Assembly (NCBI GenBank): GCA_016939365.1
Contig: JAFGHD010000002.1
Coordinates: 4,208 to 68,207, forward strand
Direction of reading: 5' to 3'
Origin: Bacteroidales bacterium
GTDB taxonomy: Bacteria; Bacteroidota; Bacteroidia; Bacteroidales; JAFGHD01
DNA length: 64,000 nt
Position numbers and translations under genes: made by a program. The notes beneath the pieces are model-generated. The model was given only the letters and a program-made list of their open reading frames with translations. It was not told where the DNA came from and ran no database searches. Shown here one piece after another: positions 56,461-64,000 of the stretch; positions within the stretch are counted from its first letter, which is position 1, and every line of letters starts with the position of its first letter.

Positions 56461-57492
56461 TTAACGGCTGAGCAGGTTGTTGATCCGCCGCAGACCGTTT
56501 GTGGCCTTCTCGTGGGACGGATCCAACTCGAGCGTTCTACGATAATCATCAAGTGAGTTCACAACATCTTTTTTCAACTCGTAGCTGAAGCCCCGGTTAT
56601 AGTATGCATCTGCAAATTCAGGATCCAGCCTGACGGTCTCTGTGAAGTAATGTATTGCCTGATCAAAGTCCCGGAGATATACCATCTGGATATAGCCGAT
56701 ATTGTAATATGGATAGGCCAGCTCCGGATAATATTCGGTGATGGCAAGGTACTGATTGATTGCCTGCTCGTACTGGCCCTTCTCCTGGAGGAACATCGCC
56801 AGATGATATCGGGCCTGTTCATGAGCCGGATAAAGGTTGAGAATGTTCCTGAAATAATCAATGGCCAGCACTTCCTTCCGAAGGGTATGAAGGATACCCA
56901 ATTGAAGCATTGCTTCAGTAAAATCCTGGTCGATGTCACACGCCTTGCGCAGAAATACAATGGCAGAGGCCGTATCCCCCATTTCCATATGGATGATCCC
57001 TTTCAGGTAGTAGGCATGTGGGTTGAGCCGGTCCAGGGATAAAACCTTGTCGGTGTAGCTGATGGACTTGTCATAGCTTTGAAAAACAATGCTCAATTCG
57101 GCATATTTCAACAAGGCTTCGATATTATCGGGATCCATTACTACAGCTTTGTCAAGGGCTTCCACACTGTTTCTCAGCTGTGAGGTTCCCAGATAGATGT
57201 CAGACAGAATGGTGTAGTAGTCCGAACGGGTTGAATCCAGCCGGATGGCTTTAGAGATGTCAGACAATGCCATCTCCCAATTTTCGGCGTTGATGAAGTA
57301 AACTGCCCGTCTGCCGTATATTTCGCTGTTCATGCTATCCTTTTTGATAGCATCATTCATTTCTTTCAGCTCTGGAGGCAGGGTGTCTGTTAATCCGGAC
57401 TCCTCGTTTAATTCAGTCTTCTGATGCTGTCCGCATCCGCAGACCCACAATGTCAGGAACAGAAAGTATATAAGACGGTCAGAGAAATACAT
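56461..57492 (-). CDS. TPR-repeat lipoprotein
   Basis: The ATG at 57492 gives MYFSDRLIYFLFLTLWVCGC (lipobox), followed by about 8 TPR units (for example YYNIGYIQM, YYNRGFSYE). Confidence 0.8.
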   Translation of the reverse strand: MYFSDRLIYFLFLTLWVCGCGQHQKTELNEESGLTDTLPPELKEMNDAIKKDSMNSEIYGRRAVYFINAENWEMALSDISKAIRLDSTRSDYYTILSDIYLGTSQLRNSVEALDKAVVMDPDNIEALLKYAELSIVFQSYDKSISYTDKVLSLDRLNPHAYYLKGIIHMEMGDTASAIVFLRKACDIDQDFTEAMLQLGILHTLRKEVLAIDYFRNILNLYPAHEQARYHLAMFLQEKGQYEQAINQYLAITEYYPELAYPYYNIGYIQMVYLRDFDQAIHYFTETVRLDPEFADAYYNRGFSYELKKDVVNSLDDYRRTLELDPSHEKATNGLRRINNLLSR

Positions 57493-57536
57493 GATACGTC
57501 CGGGATTTCCAGAACCAGGGCACAATCCTCTCACGG

Positions 57537-58553
57537 TCAGGCCGGTTTTTCCTTCAGTTGTGTTCGTATGAGGCCTTCCAGCTCTTCGGCCAGCTCAGGG
57601 TTGTCGGCCAGAAGGCTCTTAACGGCATCTCTTCCCTGCCCCAGCCTGGTATCTCCGTAACTGTACCATGAGCCGCTTTTCTTGAGAATGGCCAGATCGG
57701 TGCCCATGTCGATGATCTCACCAGTCTTTGATATCCCTTCCCCGTAAATGAGATCGAACTCGGCATCCCTGAAAGGCGGAGCTACCTTGTTCTTGGTCAC
57801 CTTGACCCGAACCCTGTTTCCGACGACCTTATCCGTATCCTTGATCTGGCTGATCCGCCGAATGTCCAGTCGAACCGTAGCGTAGAACTTCAGCGCATTC
57901 CCTCCGGTGGTCGTTTCCGGATTGCCAAAGAGCACTCCGATCTTCTCCCTGAGTTGGTTGATAAATACACAGCAGCATCCTGTTTTACTGATCGTGGAAG
58001 TAAGCTTTCTGAGGGCCTGTGACATCAGCCGGGCCTGGAGACCCACCTTAGAATCGCCCATTTCTCCCTCGATCTCGCTTTTGGGGGTCAGTGCCGCTAC
58101 GGAATCGATCACGATGATGTCAATGGCACCTGAACGGATCAGATTATCGGTGATCTCCAGAGCCTGCTCCCCGTTATCCGGCTGTGAAATGAGCAGGTTC
58201 TCAATATCCACCCCGAGTTTCCTGGCATAAAGACGGTCAAACGCATGCTCGGCATCGATGAAAGCCGCTATACCGCCGGCTTTCTGGGCTTCGGCAATGG
58301 CATGAATTGCCAGGGTGGTTTTACCTGAAGATTCCGGACCGAAAATCTCGATCACCCTTCCCTTGGGAAGGCCTTTAACACCCAAGGCATGGTCCAGACC
58401 GATCGAACCGGTAGAAATGGAGGGAATGTCTTCTATTGCGGCATCCCCGAGCTTCATTACCGCACCCTTGCCGTAGGATCTTTCAAGCTTGTCAAGCGTA
58501 AGCTGCAATGCCTTCAACTTCTCTTTGTTCGGCTCCTGAATTTCCTTCGCCAT
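57537..58553 (-). CDS. recA: recombinase RecA
   Basis: [24 protein letters not shown], Walker [14 protein letters not shown], and the block [10 protein letters not shown]. Confidence 0.98.
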   Translation of the reverse strand: MAKEIQEPNKEKLKALQLTLDKLERSYGKGAVMKLGDAAIEDIPSISTGSIGLDHALGVKGLPKGRVIEIFGPESSGKTTLAIHAIAEAQKAGGIAAFIDAEHAFDRLYARKLGVDIENLLISQPDNGEQALEITDNLIRSGAIDIIVIDSVAALTPKSEIEGEMGDSKVGLQARLMSQALRKLTSTISKTGCCCVFINQLREKIGVLFGNPETTTGGNALKFYATVRLDIRRISQIKDTDKVVGNRVRVKVTKNKVAPPFRDAEFDLIYGEGISKTGEIIDMGTDLAILKKSGSWYSYGDTRLGQGRDAVKSLLADNPELAEELEGLIRTQLKEKPA

Positions 58554-58572
58554 ATGAAAATAATTATTCTGA

Positions 58573-59037
58573 TTATGGGTATTCCTTTAAAATCTGTTCC
58601 GCATGTGATTTGGTCTCCACCTTATCAAACACCTTTTCAATGATCCCCTCTTCCGATATGACAAAGGTCATACGGTGTATCCCATCGAATTTCTTTCCCA
58701 TGAACTGTTTGGGTCCCCATGCGCCATAGGCACGTATCACGGTCTTTTCAGTATCCGCCAGTAGCGGGAAGGGAAGCTGATACTTTTCAGTGAATTTTTT
58801 TTGTTTTTGTGTATCATCCGCGCTGACACCGATTATCTCAAAGCCTTTCTGAAGCAGTTCACTGTAATGGTCCCTGAGGTTGCATGCTTCCGCGGTACAT
58901 CCCGGTGTATCCGCCTTGGGATAGAAGAATAGGATTACTTTTTTTCCCTGGAGTGAGGCCAGGGCAATCTGCCTACTGCTCTGGTCCATGGCCTGGAAGT
59001 CCGGTGCCGGATCCCCTGCTTTCAAGAGTGTCATCAT
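58573..59037 (-). CDS. bcp: thioredoxin-dependent thiol peroxidase (Bcp-type peroxiredoxin)
   Basis: 154 aa with the peroxidatic Cys context [15 protein letters not shown]. Confidence 0.92.
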   Translation of the reverse strand: MMTLLKAGDPAPDFQAMDQSSRQIALASLQGKKVILFFYPKADTPGCTAEACNLRDHYSELLQKGFEIIGVSADDTQKQKKFTEKYQLPFPLLADTEKTVIRAYGAWGPKQFMGKKFDGIHRMTFVISEEGIIEKVFDKVETKSHAEQILKEYP

Positions 59038-59117
59038 GAATCGGTTTTGGAGGTGTTTACAAAAATATTAACTTTCATTACACTTCCCTGATTACAGGAA
59101 ATTTAGTTTTTAACATC

Positions 59118-59777
59118 CTATCGCTTCCTGACGGGTGGTATTCTTCCTGTGGAAAAGAAACGGCAATGGGATCTGATGCCGCATTCGGCACATTTGGGAT
59201 TACGGGCGTGACAGACATACCTGCCATGGAGGATCAGCCAATGGTGGGCCTTGTGGATCATGTCCCTGGGTATATACCGGACCAGTTGCCTCTCGGCATC
59301 CAGAGACGTTTTGGCACCTGTGGTGAGCCCAATCCTTGCAGACACCCTGAAGACATGTGTGTCTACCGCCAGAACAGGTTCATTAAAAAGTACAGAAACC
59401 AGGACATGGGCTGTTTTTCTTCCGATACCCGGCAATTTCTGAAGTTCGGAAGCCGTATCCGGCAATATTCCCCCATATTGAGCCATTACCTGGCGGGCCA
59501 TCCCGATCAGATGGCGGGTTTTGTTGTTGGGATATGAGCATATCCTGATCAGCTCAAAAACATCCTCCTCCCTGGCAGCAGCCAGAGAACCCACATCGGG
59601 ATACTTGCCGAAAAAACCAGGAGTGATCTGGTTTACCCTTTTGTCGGTACACTGTGCCGAAAGCATTACCGCTACGGCCAGCTCATATGGATTGATATAG
59701 GAGAGCTCTGTCCGGGGGGCCGGGAGGGTTTCCATAAAATAGGCCAGCACCCTCCTGAAACGTTCTTCTTTTCTCAT
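59118..59777 (-). CDS. nth: endonuclease III
   Basis: HhH-GPD block (LPGIGRKTAHVL) and a C-terminal 4Fe-4S ligand pattern C-x6-C-x2-C-x5-C (CHARNPKCAECGIRSHC). Confidence 0.95.
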   Translation of the reverse strand: MRKEERFRRVLAYFMETLPAPRTELSYINPYELAVAVMLSAQCTDKRVNQITPGFFGKYPDVGSLAAAREEDVFELIRICSYPNNKTRHLIGMARQVMAQYGGILPDTASELQKLPGIGRKTAHVLVSVLFNEPVLAVDTHVFRVSARIGLTTGAKTSLDAERQLVRYIPRDMIHKAHHWLILHGRYVCHARNPKCAECGIRSHCRFFSTGRIPPVRKR

Positions 59778-59875
59778 TCTGTTCTTGTTCCAAGGCAGAT
59801 ATCCCTGGACGGGTTACAATCCACCCCTGCCATAAAAAAGGCTTGAAAGGACATCACCCTCCTGTTATGTGCCTG

Positions 59876-60142
59876 TCAGTTCAGGATCACCGGCAGGTTG
59901 CCCGTCTGACGCGTTTCTACCATGACAAGCGCCCTGGAATATCCCATCAGGTTCCGGATGATACGTTGAGGTGGTGATACTTGATAACCCTCCAGGATCA
60001 ACCTGGATGCTGAAAACCCGGCATATCTCTTCATGAAATGCCCGTTTTCACTGAGAAGTCTGTGAAATTCCCCGTTCTCGTCTTCGGCAGTTTCATTATG
60101 GGTAAAACGGATCAGGTCATTCAAAGTAAAATATTTCCCCAT
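59876..60142 (-). CDS. small hypothetical protein downstream of the sigma factor
   Basis: 88-aa ORF with ATG start, no TM segment. The pattern LNDLIRFTHNE....E ... SPPQRIIRNLMGYSRAL resembles small proteins I recall downstream of ECF-type sigma genes in Bacteroidota. Confidence 0.5.
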   Translation of the reverse strand: MGKYFTLNDLIRFTHNETAEDENGEFHRLLSENGHFMKRYAGFSASRLILEGYQVSPPQRIIRNLMGYSRALVMVETRQTGNLPVILN

Positions 60143-60304
60143 AGGCTGAGTCAGTTGGTTACATCAGGACAAATCGAAAACCTAACGCAAATACCTGGGG
60201 AATTATTTTGCAAATGACCCGGAAATGATAATGGGTTATGTTTTCAGTATCCGGAAATATGATTATCCGGTGTGGGAATCGTCCGGTATTGCTGACGGAT
60301 TGTA

Positions 60305-60892
60305 CTACTGGGTGAGCATGATTTGCTTCCGTGCAATGAGTTTCCGGAGATTGATCAAAGCATACCTCATCCTTCCGAGTGCGGTATTTATGCTAACGTC
60401 AGTGATCTCTGCGATGTCCTTGAAACTCATCTGTGCATAATGCCTCATGTACAGTACCTCTTTCTGTTCATCGGGCAGCAATTCGATCAGGCGTCGCAGG
60501 TCTTTATGGATTTGCTCGTTGATCATCCGGTCCTCAACAGAATCTTCCAGCACATTGAGCGTTTCAAAGATGTCGTAATCATCCTGGTTGTTGTCGAGGA
60601 CAGGAATCCTGTTGGATTTCCTGAAGTGATCGATGATCAGGTTATGCGCGATACGCATCACCCACTGAAGAAATTTTCCCTCCTCCTTGTACGATCCCGA
60701 TCTAAGGGTGTTGATCACTTTAATGAATGTGTCCTGAAACAAGTCATCTGCCAGTTCCTTGTTTTTGACAATCATGAGGATATAGGCGTAAACCCTGTTC
60801 TGATGTCTGAGGATGAGCTGTTCTAGGCTGGAATGATCACCTCCCAAATACCTACCCACGAGCTCCCTGTCAGTGAATGACTGGGCCTTCAT
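60305..60892 (-). CDS. RNA polymerase sigma-70 family (ECF-type) sigma factor
   Basis: Region 2 (DDLFQDTFIKVINTL ... WVMRIAHNLIIDHFRK) and region 4 HTH (MSFKDIAEITDVSINTALGRMRYALINLRK). Confidence 0.9.
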   Translation of the reverse strand: MKAQSFTDRELVGRYLGGDHSSLEQLILRHQNRVYAYILMIVKNKELADDLFQDTFIKVINTLRSGSYKEEGKFLQWVMRIAHNLIIDHFRKSNRIPVLDNNQDDYDIFETLNVLEDSVEDRMINEQIHKDLRRLIELLPDEQKEVLYMRHYAQMSFKDIAEITDVSINTALGRMRYALINLRKLIARKQIMLTQ

Positions 60893-61058
60893 GAAACCTC
60901 CTTTTTTAGGTTATTTCGTGGTAGATATTTGTTCTATAGGCAATCAGCGTTTTGTGTTGATAAAAAAACCTTGAAAATGATCTTATTTGGAATGGTTGTC
61001 GATCATTTTCCTGGAAGCAAAGATATACAAAAATGGGATCAAGGGCAAATATTATTGA

Positions 61059-61066
61059 TAATTTTG
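61059..61066 (+). promoter_or_regulatory. candidate -7 promoter element (TAATTTTG) for uvrA, overlapped by an inverted repeat
   Basis: TAnnTTTG lies 19 nt upstream of the ATG at 61085. The arms gggcaaa (61043-61049) and tttgccc (61063-61069) form a 7-bp inverted repeat whose right arm overlaps the motif. Confidence 0.35.
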
Positions 61067-61084
61067 CCCCCTAACCGTTAAAAA

Positions 61085-63934
61085 ATGTTAACAAGGGACC
61101 TGGAGGGTTTTGATCCGAAGGAATACATTATTATCCGGGGAGCCAGGGTTCACAATCTGAAAAACCTAGATGTCGCCATACCCAAGAACAAACTTGTGGT
61201 GATCACCGGCCTGTCGGGTTCCGGAAAATCCTCTCTTGCTTTTGATACTCTCTATGCTGAAGGGCAGAGAAGGTATGTGGAAAGCCTGAGTTCATATGCC
61301 CGGCAGTTCTTAGGCAGAATGAGCAAACCGGAGGTGGATGCCATCCAGGGCATTGCCCCTGCTATCGCCATCGAGCAACGGATCAACACCCGCAATCCCA
61401 GATCCACTGTAGGAACCTCAACAGAGATATACGACTACCTCAAGCTTCTTTTTGCCAGGATTGGAAAGACATATTCGCCCATTTCAGGGAAGATTGTTGA
61501 GCGGCATCAGGTACATCATGTAGTGGATTATGTCAGGCAATTGCCAAAGGGGGCGGAAGTTCTCATCCTCTTTCCCCTTGTCATCAGGAAAGGAAAATCC
61601 GTGGGTGAGCATCTGTCACTGCTGATGCAGCAAGGCTTTACGAGGATTTTTCTCGACGGTCAGGTAATCCGGCTCACCGATCAGCCGGACATCCGGTCTG
61701 ACCGAAAAGATATCCGGGTGATTATCGACCGGATCATCGTTGATCCGGACGACCCCGACCTGCCTTCCCGGTTAGCCGATTCAGCAGGTATTGCATTTCA
61801 CGAGGGTCATGGATCATGCATAGTCATGTCTGGCGAAGCACCCGGTTACCGGACGGAGTTTTTTTCCAACCGGTTCGAATCGGATGGAATGACCTTTGAA
61901 GAGCCCACGGAAAATCTTTTCAGCTTCAACAACCCTTTTGGTGCCTGCAAAACATGTGAGGGATTTGGTAGTATTATTGGCATTGATGAGAACCTGGTGG
62001 TTCCGAACAAGAGTCTTTCGATCTATGAGGATGCCATTGCCTGCTGGAGAGGTGAAAAAATGAGTGAATGGAAGGAGCATTTGCTCCGGAATGCACATCA
62101 TTTCAGTTTCCCGGTGCATAAACCCTATTATGATCTATCCCAAAGCCAGAAAGAATTGTTATGGACGGGAAACAGTTATTTCAGCGGCTTGAAGGATTTT
62201 TTTGCCTTTGTGGAGGAGCAGTCATTCAAGATACAATATCGGGTCATTCTCTCAAGATACCGGGGCAAGACCGTATGCCCTGATTGCAGAGGTACCCGTC
62301 TCCGAAAGGATGCCCAGTATGTCAAGGTCGGGGGAAAGTCCATCAGTGATCTGGTTTTGATGCATATTTCATCCTTGCAGGAATTTTTCAACGACCTGGA
62401 TATTTCTTCCCATGAACTGCATGTTGCGGGGCGCATTCTCACGGAGATAAGGAACCGGTTGCAGTACCTCACGGATGTAGGTGTGGGTTATCTGACCCTG
62501 AACCGCCTCTCCTCTACTCTTTCGGGTGGGGAGTCTCAACGGATCAGGCTTGCCACGTCTCTGGGCAGCAGTCTCGTAGGTTCCATATACATTCTGGATG
62601 AGCCGAGTATTGGGCTGCATCCCAGGGATACGCACCGTCTCATAAAGGTGCTGAAAAGGTTGAGGGATCAGGGTAATACAGTGATTGTAGTTGAGCATGA
62701 CGAGGAGATCATCCGGGCAACCGACGAGCTGCTGGATATCGGCCCCATGGCAGGAGTAAATGGAGGTCAGCTGGTGTTCCAGGGAACACTGGAGGAACTT
62801 CTTCGCAGCGGGGAGGGCCTCACCTCCGGATACCTTTCCGGAAGACGTATCATTCCGGTGCCAGCCTCGAGGCGCAGGTTTAAGGAATACTTCGATATTC
62901 TCGGAGCCAGGGAAAATAATCTCAAAGGAATCGATGTACGAATTCCCCTGAATATTTTCACGGTTGTTACCGGTGTCAGCGGCTCAGGCAAAACATCCCT
63001 TGTAAGGGGGATTCTTTATCCGGCCCTGAAGCGGATGCTGGGAGGACATTCAGAAAAGACCGGCCTGTTCAACCGGCTGGATGGCGATATTTCAAGGATT
63101 GCAGATGTCCAGTTTGTAGATCAAAATCCGATCGGCCGTTCCTCGCGGTCCAATCCCGCTACATATATCAAGGCATATGATGACATCCGCAACCTGTTCG
63201 CCGAACAACCCCTCTCAAAGGTTCGGGGTTATAAACCAGGGTATTTCTCTTTCAATGTGGAGGGCGGCCGCTGTGAGGATTGTGAAGGTGAAGGTACCGT
63301 AAGGGTTGAAATGCAGTTTATGGCGGACATCTTTCTTACCTGTGAGTCATGTGGGGGCAAACGGTTCAAGGAGGAGGTGCTGGACATCAGATATAAGGAT
63401 ATGGATATCTATCAGGTGTTAAATCTGACTGTTAACCAGGCTATTGAGGTTTTTGGCGAGGGAAAGCCTTCCACCACCGAGAAGCGAATCGTCGAAAAAC
63501 TGCTTCCGTTGAAGGATGTCGGACTGGGCTATCTGGGACTTGGTCAACCCTCAAGCACACTAAGCGGTGGAGAGGCCCAACGTGTAAAGTTGGCTTCATT
63601 CCTTACCAAAGGAGCCAGTGACAAACCTACACTTTTCATCTTCGACGAGCCTACCACCGGGTTGCATTTCCATGATATCGGCAATTTACTTGCTGCATTT
63701 GATGCATTGATTGAAAAGGGACACTCCATAATGGTCATCGAACACAACATGGAGATCGTGAAATGCGCCGATTGGATCATTGATTTGGGCCCGGAAGGGG
63801 GCGATGAAGGAGGTGAGGTGGTCTTCACCGGAACTCCCGAAGAAATGATGAAAACCCCCACCTCACATACCGCCCTCTTTCTCAAAGGCAAAATCCCGGC
63901 AGATACTGACCGGTATGAGGCTCATATATACTAA
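61085..63934 (+). CDS. uvrA: excinuclease ABC subunit UvrA
   Basis: Two ABC modules ([14 protein letters not shown]; [11 protein letters not shown]), signature LSGGE twice, and zinc modules (CKTCEGFG; CPDCRGTRL; CEDCEGEG...CESCGGKRF). Confidence 0.98.
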   Translation: MLTRDLEGFDPKEYIIIRGARVHNLKNLDVAIPKNKLVVITGLSGSGKSSLAFDTLYAEGQRRYVESLSSYARQFLGRMSKPEVDAIQGIAPAIAIEQRINTRNPRSTVGTSTEIYDYLKLLFARIGKTYSPISGKIVERHQVHHVVDYVRQLPKGAEVLILFPLVIRKGKSVGEHLSLLMQQGFTRIFLDGQVIRLTDQPDIRSDRKDIRVIIDRIIVDPDDPDLPSRLADSAGIAFHEGHGSCIVMSGEAPGYRTEFFSNRFESDGMTFEEPTENLFSFNNPFGACKTCEGFGSIIGIDENLVVPNKSLSIYEDAIACWRGEKMSEWKEHLLRNAHHFSFPVHKPYYDLSQSQKELLWTGNSYFSGLKDFFAFVEEQSFKIQYRVILSRYRGKTVCPDCRGTRLRKDAQYVKVGGKSISDLVLMHISSLQEFFNDLDISSHELHVAGRILTEIRNRLQYLTDVGVGYLTLNRLSSTLSGGESQRIRLATSLGSSLVGSIYILDEPSIGLHPRDTHRLIKVLKRLRDQGNTVIVVEHDEEIIRATDELLDIGPMAGVNGGQLVFQGTLEELLRSGEGLTSGYLSGRRIIPVPASRRRFKEYFDILGARENNLKGIDVRIPLNIFTVVTGVSGSGKTSLVRGILYPALKRMLGGHSEKTGLFNRLDGDISRIADVQFVDQNPIGRSSRSNPATYIKAYDDIRNLFAEQPLSKVRGYKPGYFSFNVEGGRCEDCEGEGTVRVEMQFMADIFLTCESCGGKRFKEEVLDIRYKDMDIYQVLNLTVNQAIEVFGEGKPSTTEKRIVEKLLPLKDVGLGYLGLGQPSSTLSGGEAQRVKLASFLTKGASDKPTLFIFDEPTTGLHFHDIGNLLAAFDALIEKGHSIMVIEHNMEIVKCADWIIDLGPEGGDEGGEVVFTGTPEEMMKTPTSHTALFLKGKIPADTDRYEAHIY

Positions 63935-64000
63935 CTTTGTTACTATGCTCCCTGGAAAAACTGCCTTGAAAACCGCCTTCCTAACCTTTGGACTGGCTCT

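Noticed and set aside
63945-64000. Possible start of a new plus-strand gene (MLPGKTALKTAFLTFGLA...) after uvrA
   Set aside because: Only 18 codons are visible before the window ends. That is too little to support a call.
1-64000. Search by eye for CRISPR arrays, tRNA/rRNA genes, IS elements, integrases, toxin-antitoxin pairs and recognisable defence-system genes
   Set aside because: None was found. Intergenic gaps are short and lack cloverleaf-like or regularly spaced repeat structure, and no transposase, integrase or recombinase-like ORF is present. A covariance-model scan (tRNAscan/Rfam) would be needed to exclude small RNAs formally.

Overview
The window is a dense, mostly housekeeping chromosomal segment that looks like Bacteroidota. 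Four things support that assignment. There is an LpxC-FabZ fusion gene and a FeoA-FeoB fusion gene. The array bamD-rpoZ-coaBC-DUF4835-recN-fabI is co-directional with overlapping or near-abutting ends. TAnnTTTG (-7 type) promoter motifs sit 19-41 nt upstream of many start codons, without obvious Shine-Dalgarno sequences.

I support about 52 protein-coding genes. By eye I found no rRNA, tRNA, CRISPR array, transposase/integrase gene or large repeat. The ORF track uses longest ORFs with GTG/TTG starts, so several N-termini are over-extended; I re-set those where a signal peptide or a family-typical N-terminus made it clear.

Recognisable content:
- Proteostasis: clpC, lon.
- DNA maintenance: gyrA, recN, recA, nth, uvrA, an AddB-like Fe-S nuclease, a SMUG2-like UDG.
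- Lipid A cluster: lpxD, lpxC-fabZ, lpxA, efp and a second lpxD paralog.
- Two acyl-CoA dehydrogenases.
- feoAB.
- A secreted serpin.
- A redox trio: ferritin-like protein, UDG and flavin reductase-rubredoxin.

The best candidate for an undescribed system is the minus-strand operon at about 37113-41997. An AmgK-like kinase carrying a RapZ C-terminal domain and a MurU-like nucleotidyltransferase bracket three tightly coupled genes: a transporter-less HlyD-type adaptor, a VTC/triphosphate-tunnel protein and a DUF4956 membrane protein.

A second candidate is the DUF362 gene followed by two paralogous secreted proteins at the left edge (1-3431).

All family assignments come from motif recognition by eye. 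None were checked by database search.
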